A DNA stretch of 45,063 bases. Origin: a virus. Its lineage: Duplodnaviria > Heunggongvirae > Uroviricota > Caudoviricetes. The DNA lies in IMG/VR virus record IMGVR_UViG_3300031998_000001, positions 1 through 45,063 of that record. The stretch is one strand, 5' to 3'. Both the position numbers and the translations under genes were made by a program. The notes below the pieces were generated by a model. The model did no database searches. It was not told where the DNA came from and saw only the letters and a list, made by a program, of their open reading frames with translations. This document shows positions 1 through 8,850 of this stretch, in pieces (the first letter of the stretch is position 1; every line of letters starts with the position of its first letter).

Positions 1-135
1 TTCCGTAGCACCGAACTTACGCCTGTGGACTGCCCAACTATGGATGACCGTTCAGCAATGAACCTAAAAAGTAGCGGCAGGATGAAGCAGGAAGGAGAAA
101 CTGATTTATTAGGTTTTTCCATACGATTGAGATAA
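1..135 (+). mobile_element. tnpB: Probable 3' end of a TnpB gene (IS200/IS605 or IS607 family), truncated by the window edge; likely overlaps the omega-RNA and element right end
   Basis: Frame 1 is open to TAA at 133-135 and reads FRSTELTPVDCPTMDDRSAMNLKSSGRMKQEGETDLLGFSIRLR*, resembling the post-RuvC tail of TnpB (..TE.T.VD.PTMDDR...LKS....KQE). Catalytic motifs lie outside the window. Confidence 0.6.
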
Positions 136-236
136 TCGGCTTCAAGAAGTTGAGGGGGCGCAAGTACGGTGCTGGCGGGACTTTCTTCATTGAGGCGAAA
201 TATGCAGGTACTGGCAAATAATATAAATTCAACGAT

Positions 237-611
237 ATGATAAAGACTTATAGCGATTTCAAGAGGGGCAGGCAATCTCGGATGTGCCGACCAATCAACG
301 AGGCTTGGGATATGGCGATAGAGAACGGCTACGAGCCGAAGACCACATTCTGGGAGGACTTCAGCATAGCCGACCGTTTCGGTGTGAGCGCGGTGAAGGA
401 CACATACAACCGGGCGTTCAATGAATGGAAGTCCGACTACATCTACCTTACCGAACTCGTGATGGTTCTCAACCACAAGATTTGGCAGCACTATAAATCA
501 AACCCGCAACTTGCAAAGGTTTACAACGACCTGTGGGAAAAGACGGACGCTTGGGCGTGCGACAATCTCAATGGCAAGGAACTCCAGTATTTCTACTCCA
601 CGCTTGACTGA
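237..611 (+). CDS. Hypothetical phage protein with capsid-targeting-like leader (MIKTYSDF...PINEA)
   Basis: 124 aa ORF; leader resembles T4 internal protein MKTYQEFIAE; TATAAATT at 222-229. Confidence 0.8.
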   Translation: MIKTYSDFKRGRQSRMCRPINEAWDMAIENGYEPKTTFWEDFSIADRFGVSAVKDTYNRAFNEWKSDYIYLTELVMVLNHKIWQHYKSNPQLAKVYNDLWEKTDAWACDNLNGKELQYFYSTLD

Positions 612-625
612 TGTTGAAAACTGCT

Positions 626-637
626 TATTTATAAATA
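626..637. promoter_or_regulatory. T4-type late promoter TATAAATA (palindromic TATTTATAAATA)
   Basis: Exact consensus at 630-637, 30 nt upstream of ATG 667. Confidence 0.8.
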
Positions 638-666
638 ATATATAATATAAATTAGACATTTCGATT

Positions 667-2649
667 ATGAAAGGAATATCAAGTTTAAGGTCGAGTTACT
701 CCGCACCAATTAACGAATCAATATTGAGCAACGGAGGGAGCAATTCGCAAGAGGTAAAGAGGATTGTCGATAGGATACTCAATTCAAAGCCGACATCTAT
801 TCCAGATATTGCTGTCGATGACGACCCGAAGACAAGGAGGTATGCCGAACTGGTTGCCAGCCTGCTGAACAAGCGTTGCGGGTGGAGCACATACTATCCC
901 GGAGCATTCGTCAACATCGAGGGGAAGAAGAGCATCCTGTTCCTTAACGACAAGTCGAGGGAAGCGGTAGGCTTTGCACCGACCAGCAGGGAAACAAACT
1001 CGACATTCTATTATTTCCCAGAGTACAGGTTTGACAATATGAAGCAGACGGGCAATGTGCTTGTCGTTGACAGTGGCGAGATGGGTATTGTGCAGGCTTT
1101 CTCCATCATCATTGACCGTATCCAGAACCCGAACCTGTATAGGACTCCTATCAAGGAGGCGGAGGATATGAGTTATGATGACGCGAGCAAGGCATATAAC
1201 GCCAGTATTGCTTCGACCAAGTTTAAGCAGTTCGATACTTTTATGACAGGCGCGGACAAAGGTCACCAAGTGTCAAGAATGACACCTGCTGGGGTACACG
1301 CGCTTGCCGCTGAAATAAAAAATAACAACCTTGACCCGATATTGGTGTTGAGAGAGATGCGCAATGGAACGGAAAACGGTATGAGATATAGGGAAATACT
1401 TAATCTCGGTGGTGATATGGATGCCAACGGTAGAGGCGCAAAGGTTCTTTCGGCAGAGAGTTATACTGTCGCGTTGAAGTATATATGCAAACTCATCAAC
1501 GGAAATGTCTCCACGATGAATGCCGTTACTGTCGCCCCGTTGCCAAGCGCAGGCGCGACATCTGCACCAGCACCCGCACCAGCACCTGCATCCGCACCAA
1601 CTACGCAGAAACCGGGCGACTGGACATACAACGGGATTGATGTGAACTTCCTCAAGCGTATGGGTGTCAACTGGGACGATTTTATGACGGAGGCAAAGAC
1701 ATACCAATCGACACTTGACAGTATGGAAAGGTTGCTCCGTAATTTCATAAAATATTCAAGGGCTAACAACAACGAAAAGTTGACAAATCCAGATTTCAGG
1801 GGTATGCCCACTGCACTGTTCATTTCTGGTATCGGCGGTATCGGTAAGTCTAACAGTTGGAAGGCTGTAAAGAGAGACGCAAACCTTAAAGTCCGCAGGG
1901 GATTTGACTATGCGGAGATTGGTAGCGGTACGGTTTTGCCGCAGGAGGTATATAAGTTCATTTATGCGAACAACGGTAAGTTGCTTGTGTTCGATGATAC
2001 ACCAGACTTGTTCAACTCGTCTTATGCACCTGCGTTCTGGAAGGCTGTTCTGACTATGCCAGAGGAAGAATTTGCCAATGTCCAAGCACCGAAGACAACG
2101 AACGGCGCGTATTATTCGCTTGACGACTGCAAGATTGGAAGCATAGTTTCGGCGAAGTTGAGATACGAAAAGGAATGTCCGCCAGAAAGAGTGCCATATA
2201 AAGCGGGTATGTCTGCGGAGGAGAAGGCTAAACTCGAAGCGGAAAGTAAAGTTAGGTATATTCCGAATGAAATACCAGTCAGGAGCAAGTTCTTGTTTAT
2301 CGTGAACGATGATGAAATGGCGTTGCAAAAGCAACTTGGTGAACACTGGGGGGCAATCAAGAGCCGTACAAGGTTTTATGCCATTGCTCCTCCTGCGTAT
2401 GTATTATGGACTAAAATAAAACAGAACATAGTTAGTACCCGTAGCGACAGGATGAGGGCTTGGATACCCGACGAGTATGCGGATGAAGTTATTGCTTTTG
2501 TTGAAGACCTTATTGTCAAGGGCGAAGCGCAGCAACTTTCTTTCCGTGGATTTGGTGACGGGCAGATACGCTATGCCATAACGCAGGGCGATGACTGGGA
2601 GAATATAATCAAGCAGAACATTAAGGTTACAACATTGAAGAACAGATAA
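667..2649 (+). CDS. P-loop/AAA+ ATPase with long N-terminal region and Pro-Ala linker
   Basis: Walker A ISGIGGIGKS, Walker B LLVFDD; TSAPAPAPAPASAP linker; PINES and PIKEA motifs. Confidence 0.8.
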   Translation: MKGISSLRSSYSAPINESILSNGGSNSQEVKRIVDRILNSKPTSIPDIAVDDDPKTRRYAELVASLLNKRCGWSTYYPGAFVNIEGKKSILFLNDKSREAVGFAPTSRETNSTFYYFPEYRFDNMKQTGNVLVVDSGEMGIVQAFSIIIDRIQNPNLYRTPIKEAEDMSYDDASKAYNASIASTKFKQFDTFMTGADKGHQVSRMTPAGVHALAAEIKNNNLDPILVLREMRNGTENGMRYREILNLGGDMDANGRGAKVLSAESYTVALKYICKLINGNVSTMNAVTVAPLPSAGATSAPAPAPAPASAPTTQKPGDWTYNGIDVNFLKRMGVNWDDFMTEAKTYQSTLDSMERLLRNFIKYSRANNNEKLTNPDFRGMPTALFISGIGGIGKSNSWKAVKRDANLKVRRGFDYAEIGSGTVLPQEVYKFIYANNGKLLVFDDTPDLFNSSYAPAFWKAVLTMPEEEFANVQAPKTTNGAYYSLDDCKIGSIVSAKLRYEKECPPERVPYKAGMSAEEKAKLEAESKVRYIPNEIPVRSKFLFIVNDDEMALQKQLGEHWGAIKSRTRFYAIAPPAYVLWTKIKQNIVSTRSDRMRAWIPDEYADEVIAFVEDLIVKGEAQQLSFRGFGDGQIRYAITQGDDWENIIKQNIKVTTLKNR

Positions 2650-2674
2650 TTTATAATAAATAAAAAGGATTGAT

Positions 2675-5437
2675 ATGGTTAATCGAAATTATAACATAGG
2701 ATTGATTTGCGACTTCACCGTCAACAATTTCTGGAGAAGGATTGACAGAAGGAGGTTGAGCGTGAATGAAGCGAAGCAAATGTATGAGGATTTTCTGTAC
2801 AATAACTTCAATTCCGTGAACGAGTCGGTCGAAAATTATTTCAGTGACAGGCAGATGCTTCTTGAAGGATTGAGGGACAGGTACGAGAAAAACCAGAACA
2901 GTTCTGGCTCGGCAATGGAGAACGGTATTGACGACGGTGACATTGAAGCGACCAAGAATGTCGCTTCGAGCGGTGTTGGTGCTGGAAACCACAGGATAGT
3001 AGTCCAGAATGTAGGCAAGACACCGAAGGATGCTGCTTCCCAGAGGGGTGTAAAGGACATAAGTTTCTATACCGATTGTTTTTATCAGGGGCTTATAAAC
3101 GGAGATTATGAGGGCATCTTCACGAACGAGGACGAAATGCTCCCGCCTTCTCTGTACGATACTTCTACCGTATCGGACTTTACCGCTGTTATGGCGTTCA
3201 AGGATTTGCCGAATATTGACTTGAGCGGTTGGGATGTATCGAGCGGTAGGAGGTTTGACGGATGCTTCTACAAGTCATCGTTCAATAACGCAAGCATAAA
3301 GAACTGGTACTTCTCGAAGGTTATATCGGCGAAGAATATGTTTGTCGGGAGCGATATGGCTCACGATGAAGTCATTTCCGCTTGGGAGGCTGCGTATATT
3401 CGCGGAGACCTTCCTGTACTTCCGTCACTTGGTAAGATGTCCGCTGACGACTCGGAGGAAATTATGCAGGATACACGCAATGAACTTTCGGGTTTCAAGA
3501 CACAGATTGATGCAATGAAGAGAATAAAAAAGAATAAAATGATGTACGACGAAAACAAGACACATAGGGTTATGTCATCATCGGAATTTATCAATGAGAA
3601 TTTCGGTGACAGTATGAGAAAGTTCGGTAGGAGCATTAAGAATGCCGCGACCAACTTCTTTGTTAAATTAAGAAACGGCTTCACCTATTTCTTCGATAGG
3701 GCTGGCTTGTTCTTCAAGGCTAATATGCCGAGCAACACCGTCAATTTCATAAAGGACGGCAATGTAAGGGGCGTATATGCTGAACAGGGTAAGGCTATTT
3801 CATACGAAGGACACGGCAGTGGCTATTATGATGAAATTCGCAAAGGTAGCAGGGAATACGACAACTACCTCAAGTTCATTGAGATTATAGGCAGTCTCGG
3901 TGCAAAGAACGAGGCGATGGAAGTTGATGAAATCGGTATGCCTATAGACGAGGCGAAGGTTGGTCTGTATGCGAAGGAAAGGGACGCAAACGGAACGATT
4001 CACCAGAACATCGGCGCGATGGATATTACGACACAAGACCTTGAACGCACGATTAGGCGTAACATAAGGGAAGTTCAGAAGAATGGTCGTAGCAGGTCGA
4101 AGCCTATGATTATCTGGGGTGCTCCGGGTATCGGTAAGACTTCTATCCCGAAGGCACTTGTAAAAGCCACCAACGAAGAGATTGTAAAGTCAGGCAAGGG
4201 CGCAAATGAAAAGATGACGGTTATCGTTATCGACTGCTCCACATTGATGGCTGGTGACTTGTCTATGCCTATGCCAGTCAGCAAGACGAAGGTCAGCGAG
4301 ATTATGCAGTTGAACCCAGACCTTGCGGACAAGTTGAATGAAATAGGTATTACAGCCGATGATGTTGACCTCCTTTCACTTTCCAAGTCAAATGACGCAC
4401 CAAAGACTTGGCTTCCCGTATATAAGCCTATTGGCGGTGGAAAGAACAAACTTCTCGATGCAATCGCCAACGGTGCAACAACCCCGATATATGACGAGAA
4501 CGATGAGGTCATAGACTATGAATATTCTGGTGGTGGCGGTATCCTTATGTTCGATGAGTTCCTCCGTGCGGACCCAGATACATTGTTCGGTATTGCGCAG
4601 TTGATGATGAACCGTGAGTTCCTCGCTGGTTATAGGCTTGGTAGCAAGTGGATTGTGATGGGTTGCTCGAACAGACCTACGGATGATACACAGATACAGA
4701 CCGCTTGGCAGAATGTTTCGCCTGCATTGAAGCAGAGGCTTGGTGGTTTTAACTTCGTTCCTACATACGAGGACTGGGTTAAATGGGCAAAGGAAAAAGG
4801 TGGTTTCGATGACATCACGCTTGACTTTATCGGTGGCAAAGACCCATACGGAGAGCAATCCCGCTGGCATAACATCGACCCCACGCAGAGTACAGGAAAG
4901 AACGAGCAGAGAACCGTATCGCCTCGTCAGTGGTCACAGGCAATCAGTGAACTTAACAGGTTGTGCGAGGATGACGGTGTTTCGGACTATCTGGAACTCG
5001 GCAGGGATTTTGAAATGACAGTAAAGGAGTTCTTGCCTGACGATATTTCCAATGAATATATTGCATACTACAAGGCTTCTGGCGGTAGCAAGTTCAAATA
5101 TTCTTGGACGAACATCATCAACGACCCGAATATGAAGGTCGAGAAGGGCACTACCGCAAAGATTGTCACCAACAGGCTTATCACTTATGTAAAGACACAT
5201 TTCAGCGATACGCATATTCCACAGGCAAGCCAACTCGGAACGATTATCGACTTCCTCGATAGGAACTTCCCGACATCTGGCAACCTCATCGCAGAGTTCA
5301 TAGTCAAGACATACAAGTTCTGTGAACTCGACGGCAAGAACTTCAACGACGACTACGAGGCTGTTTACAACAAGTACAACAACGCTCATCCGAACTTGAA
5401 GTTGGACGAATTGTTTGATACAATCGGTGAGATATAG
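2675..5437 (+). CDS. MoxR-like AAA+ ATPase with N-terminal DUF285/BspA-like repeats
   Basis: IIWGAPGIGKT, ILMFDEFLRAD, GCSNRP, SPALKQR, VSPRQW; N-terminal YDTSTV..DLSGWDVSS..IKNWYFSKVISAKNMF repeats. Confidence 0.85.
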   Translation: MVNRNYNIGLICDFTVNNFWRRIDRRRLSVNEAKQMYEDFLYNNFNSVNESVENYFSDRQMLLEGLRDRYEKNQNSSGSAMENGIDDGDIEATKNVASSGVGAGNHRIVVQNVGKTPKDAASQRGVKDISFYTDCFYQGLINGDYEGIFTNEDEMLPPSLYDTSTVSDFTAVMAFKDLPNIDLSGWDVSSGRRFDGCFYKSSFNNASIKNWYFSKVISAKNMFVGSDMAHDEVISAWEAAYIRGDLPVLPSLGKMSADDSEEIMQDTRNELSGFKTQIDAMKRIKKNKMMYDENKTHRVMSSSEFINENFGDSMRKFGRSIKNAATNFFVKLRNGFTYFFDRAGLFFKANMPSNTVNFIKDGNVRGVYAEQGKAISYEGHGSGYYDEIRKGSREYDNYLKFIEIIGSLGAKNEAMEVDEIGMPIDEAKVGLYAKERDANGTIHQNIGAMDITTQDLERTIRRNIREVQKNGRSRSKPMIIWGAPGIGKTSIPKALVKATNEEIVKSGKGANEKMTVIVIDCSTLMAGDLSMPMPVSKTKVSEIMQLNPDLADKLNEIGITADDVDLLSLSKSNDAPKTWLPVYKPIGGGKNKLLDAIANGATTPIYDENDEVIDYEYSGGGGILMFDEFLRADPDTLFGIAQLMMNREFLAGYRLGSKWIVMGCSNRPTDDTQIQTAWQNVSPALKQRLGGFNFVPTYEDWVKWAKEKGGFDDITLDFIGGKDPYGEQSRWHNIDPTQSTGKNEQRTVSPRQWSQAISELNRLCEDDGVSDYLELGRDFEMTVKEFLPDDISNEYIAYYKASGGSKFKYSWTNIINDPNMKVEKGTTAKIVTNRLITYVKTHFSDTHIPQASQLGTIIDFLDRNFPTSGNLIAEFIVKTYKFCELDGKNFNDDYEAVYNKYNNAHPNLKLDELFDTIGEI

Positions 5438-5452
5438 GATTTTAACAAATTG

Positions 5453-5481
5453 AGGTGCGGCAACGCCCGCACCTTTTTTTT
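5453..5481 (+). terminator. Intrinsic terminator
   Basis: AGGTGCGG/CCGCACCT stem followed by a T run. Confidence 0.8.
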
Positions 5482-5490
5482 ACAAAAAAA

Positions 5491-5520
5491 TCTGAAAAAA
5501 TAATATATTTACTATATATA
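5491..5520 (+). promoter_or_regulatory. Degenerate copy of the CTGAAA...ACTATATAT phage promoter motif
   Basis: TCTGAAA and ACTATATAT with the same 19-nt offset as the copies at 27579, 30506 and 44363. Confidence 0.5.
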
Positions 5521-5546
5521 GTATAAGAACATTAAAGGCTAATTTT

Positions 5547-7802
5547 ATGAGAAAAATAACACGAATACTTGATAGTCAGTCCTTCTGTTCCCTGTATGAA
5601 AGCGTACAGAATACGGAAGGTAACGCTGCTCATATAGCAGGGTATCTGTTGAGGATGTATGACGGTAAGTTGATAAAGGGTTCTGATTTTATCGACTTGA
5701 TAAATTCCGCGCTCGCCAAGTTCAAGTCAAAGTACCCGTATGAATTTTCATATATCAGCAGAAGCATTATAATATATTTGCTCGACGGGCGGGTGACAAG
5801 GACGATGGCGGTTGACCGCAGGGGTATAATCTATATCAATGTAGGCTTTCTTTATGAGCCTGTACCATACGGACTCGGTATGAATGTTGATTCCATATTG
5901 AACATTCTTTACCACGAATGTATGCACACATTCCTTGAGCACATTCCTCGTACATTCAACTATAATGAAAAGAACAACAAGAGCAAGTTGAACTGGAAGC
6001 AGATGAATGTTGCTGCTGACCTTGAGGTTAATGGCACTATGGTTGCCGATGGTATATGCTCGGAAAGATTCTGGGCTGAACAAGGTGGCTGTTATGACAA
6101 GAAGGTCGTTGGTCTGCCGATGGAAACCATTGCATCATATCATAGTGATGTGATTGGTAAATTTTATAATGCTGGTGATAACGGAACTGCTCCTACAGGC
6201 GGTCAGCAGGGCGGACAGAACGGTGGTCAAAACGGCGGTCAAAACGGTGGTCAGCAGGGCGGACAGAACGGTGGTCAAAACGGCGGTCAAAACGGTGGTC
6301 AGCAGGGCGGACAGAACGGTGGTCAAAACGGCGGTCAAAACGGCGGTCAAAACGGTGGTCAGCAGGGCGGACAGAACGGTGGACAGAACGGTGGACAAAA
6401 CGGCGGTCAAAACGGTGGTCAGCAGGGCGGACAGAACGGTGGTCAAAACGGTGGTCAGCAGGGTGGACAGAACGGTGGTCAAAACGGCGGTCAAAACGGC
6501 GGTCAAAACGGTGGTCAGCAGGGCGGACAGAACGGTGGACAAAACGGTGGTCAGCAAGGTGGTCAGCAAGGCGGTCAAGGCGGTCAAGGCGGTCAAGGCG
6601 GTCAAGGCGGATATAAAGGCATTATTGATGTCAATAGAGACGGTGGTCAGCAAGGCGGTCAAGGCGGACAGCAGGGCGGTCAAGGCGGTGGTCAAGAAGG
6701 ATACCCCGGTGGAGACGATGGTCAAGGCGGTCAAGGCGGACAGCAGGGCGGTCAAGGCGGACAGCAGGGCGGTCAAGGCGGACAGCAGGGCGGTCAAGGC
6801 GGAACTCGTGGCGGTGACGATGACACAACTACTGGCGTAGGTCGTGGTGGTGATGGTGTAATTTTGCCAGCAACAAGAGACGGTGGAGTAAGAAATCTTG
6901 TAGGAGGTCTTATAAAGAGTAGTGATATAGATGAAGAGATTGCTGCGTCTTTGAGGGATAGCGGATTTACCGAAGAGGAGATTGATGAGGTCAGCAGTAT
7001 CATATCGAGCGTACCAGACAAGAGCCAGAAGGAGATTGCCGATGTTCGTGATACTATAATGAGAAATAAGCCAAATTCAACATTGAGTAAGATTTGTACG
7101 GAGATAAAGATAAACGAAACCGTTATGAACGAATTGTGGGAAGAGGTTATTAAGAAGTTCCTTGAACGCAATACCACATATGCTGGTGCGAAGAAACAGA
7201 AACCTGACCGCAATAGAGTAAGGTGGGGCAATCGTCGTACACTTGGTCATAACATAATGACACCGTACCATCCCAAGACATCTTCTGCACCGCAGAATAT
7301 CAATATTCTGGTGGATGTGAGCGGTTCAATCAATGTGACGCTCCTGCATACATTCGCAACGACCATATATAGTATGTGCAAGCGTTTGCAGTATAGTGGC
7401 GTATGGTTGTATCCGTGGGCTGATAGGCTTGACGCTGAAAGCGGTTTGTATATTGATGTGACCGAAGAAATCACAGCGAGGGAACTTATAAACCGCGTTG
7501 ACGAAATGGTCAGCAAGTGTAAGGCTGGGGGCGGTACGGATTTCAGGAGTTGTACCGAATTTATGCTGAATGCTTGGCGTACTGAACCGCAGAGCGTATG
7601 GCTCGTGCTTACCGATGGTGAGATGTGGGGAACGGAGTCGCTGGTTAGGTTGCTTGGTGATACCAATAAGTTCTTATTTGTAGTATATCAGATTGGTATC
7701 AAGAGCAGAATAAAGGAAAGTCAGTTGCTTCGTTGGTGCATCGACCCAAGATTCAACAAGATAACCAAAGTTTACATTGACTTGGCAAAGGATAATTATT
7801 AA
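5547..7802 (+). CDS. DUF2201-like metallopeptidase + Gly/Gln/Asn repeat linker + VWA domain protein (MoxR partner)
   Basis: TMAVD, ILYHECMH (HExxH), NVAADLEVN; MIDAS motifs LVDVSGS, GGGTDF, VLTDG. Confidence 0.88.
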   Translation: MRKITRILDSQSFCSLYESVQNTEGNAAHIAGYLLRMYDGKLIKGSDFIDLINSALAKFKSKYPYEFSYISRSIIIYLLDGRVTRTMAVDRRGIIYINVGFLYEPVPYGLGMNVDSILNILYHECMHTFLEHIPRTFNYNEKNNKSKLNWKQMNVAADLEVNGTMVADGICSERFWAEQGGCYDKKVVGLPMETIASYHSDVIGKFYNAGDNGTAPTGGQQGGQNGGQNGGQNGGQQGGQNGGQNGGQNGGQQGGQNGGQNGGQNGGQNGGQQGGQNGGQNGGQNGGQNGGQQGGQNGGQNGGQQGGQNGGQNGGQNGGQNGGQQGGQNGGQNGGQQGGQQGGQGGQGGQGGQGGYKGIIDVNRDGGQQGGQGGQQGGQGGGQEGYPGGDDGQGGQGGQQGGQGGQQGGQGGQQGGQGGTRGGDDDTTTGVGRGGDGVILPATRDGGVRNLVGGLIKSSDIDEEIAASLRDSGFTEEEIDEVSSIISSVPDKSQKEIADVRDTIMRNKPNSTLSKICTEIKINETVMNELWEEVIKKFLERNTTYAGAKKQKPDRNRVRWGNRRTLGHNIMTPYHPKTSSAPQNINILVDVSGSINVTLLHTFATTIYSMCKRLQYSGVWLYPWADRLDAESGLYIDVTEEITARELINRVDEMVSKCKAGGGTDFRSCTEFMLNAWRTEPQSVWLVLTDGEMWGTESLVRLLGDTNKFLFVVYQIGIKSRIKESQLLRWCIDPRFNKITKVYIDLAKDNY
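6198..6803 (+). repeat. Coding tandem repeat of 12-nt and 9-nt units (GQQG/GQNG/GGQ)
   Basis: ggtcagcagggc, ggacagaacggt, ggtcaaaacggc and ggcggtcaa units seen directly. Confidence 0.95.
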
Positions 7803-7852
7803 ACTGTTAATGTGGTAGTGAACTCATTTTTTGAATAAAAAAACAATATTCA

Positions 7853-8218
7853 ATGTCAAAGAAAAATTACATTGATGCCGTTGAGTTCAAGCAGGTTATG
7901 GACGAGTGCTTTGTGAAAGGTGAACTCACGCCCAGAGCACTTGAAATGTTTGAACTTCTCATTGACAAGTTTGCGAAGAGCAACTATTACAAGACGGAGG
8001 AGGACGCGCAGGACTGCAAGTCTTGGGCGATGTACAACCTCCTGCGCTACTGGAAGTCGTTTGACCACAAGAGGGAGGGTGCGAACCCGTTTTCGTATTA
8101 CAGTTCTATGGTCGCCACTGGGCTGGCGCAGGGCTGGAACATACTCAATCCCCCGAAGAACGCCGACTTCGATGTGATAAGCATACACGACATTTTGGAA
8201 AACAATAACAAGGATTAG
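7853..8218 (+). CDS. T4 gp55-like late-transcription sigma factor
   Basis: KNYIDAVEF start, YWKSFD, NPFSYYSSM (gp55 NPFAYFT-like); matching TATAAATA promoters throughout the window. Confidence 0.75.
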   Translation: MSKKNYIDAVEFKQVMDECFVKGELTPRALEMFELLIDKFAKSNYYKTEEDAQDCKSWAMYNLLRYWKSFDHKREGANPFSYYSSMVATGLAQGWNILNPPKNADFDVISIHDILENNNKD

Positions 8219-8221
8219 GCT

Positions 8222-8494
8222 ATGAAACTTTTTATCAGGACTGAATCGGAAACATTCACCGCGAGGGAACTCTGGGTGGACAGTATGGACGCTTTCACGG
8301 AATCGAAACTTCTTGACATAGAGAGTTCGGAGGACGGGAAGATAGACGCGGAGGCGGTGCTTGCCTGCTACTCCCACTTCTATGAACTCTACGGGGACAT
8401 AAGACCTGTCCTCGAAAGCGTGTCGGAGGACGGGCGTGTCGCACGCATAAAGTTCATCGGGGACGACTGGTCTATCGAGTGCTACCTGCAATAG
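8222..8494 (+). CDS. Hypothetical protein
   Basis: 90 aa ORF starting 3 nt after the sigma gene; typical codon usage. Confidence 0.7.
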   Translation: MKLFIRTESETFTARELWVDSMDAFTESKLLDIESSEDGKIDAEAVLACYSHFYELYGDIRPVLESVSEDGRVARIKFIGDDWSIECYLQ

Positions 8495-8522
8495 ATAGGC
8501 TATATATAGCAAAACCACTAAA

Positions 8523-8530
8523 TATAAATA
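8523..8530 (+). promoter_or_regulatory. Late promoter TATAAATA
   Basis: Exact consensus upstream of the KTSC and gp26-like genes. Confidence 0.75.
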
Positions 8531-8595
8531 ATATGTGAACTGCGCTTCGGTTGCGGGGCGCGTATTTATGTCAGAACTTAAAACTATTAACATTT

Positions 8596-8808
8596 ATGTT
8601 ATTTGAATCGAAAGGCAATGAGGTGAGCAGCATAGGATACAATGCTCTCACAAGGGAACTGAAGGTGGTATGTGTCAACGGAAGCGTGAGGTGCTACCAC
8701 GATGTCCCGCAGGAAATCTATGACGAGATAAGGAACAATGGCGGTCTCATAAGCGATGCAATCAACGAGAGGCTCAATGTGAACTATCGGAGCAATATGA
8801 TGGTATAG
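8596..8808 (+). CDS. KTSC-domain protein
   Basis: SSIGYNALTRELKV..NGSVRCYHDVPQEIYDEI matches the KTSC pattern; ATG 8596 preferred over TTG 8551. Confidence 0.75.
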   Translation: MLFESKGNEVSSIGYNALTRELKVVCVNGSVRCYHDVPQEIYDEIRNNGGLISDAINERLNVNYRSNMMV

Positions 8809-8850
8809 TGCAGTCAACATTAGTAATAATTTAAAAACACAGATATTTTT

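Noticed and set aside
38-232. 64 aa minus-strand ORF
   Set aside because: Antisense to the TnpB-like tail and the following coding-like stretch; no recognisable features.
6198-6803. CRISPR array or non-coding satellite; alternative-frame ORFs 6154..6840(+) and 6135..6797(-)
   Set aside because: No unique spacers; unit lengths are multiples of 3 within a long CDS; the other frames stay open only because the repeat lacks stops.
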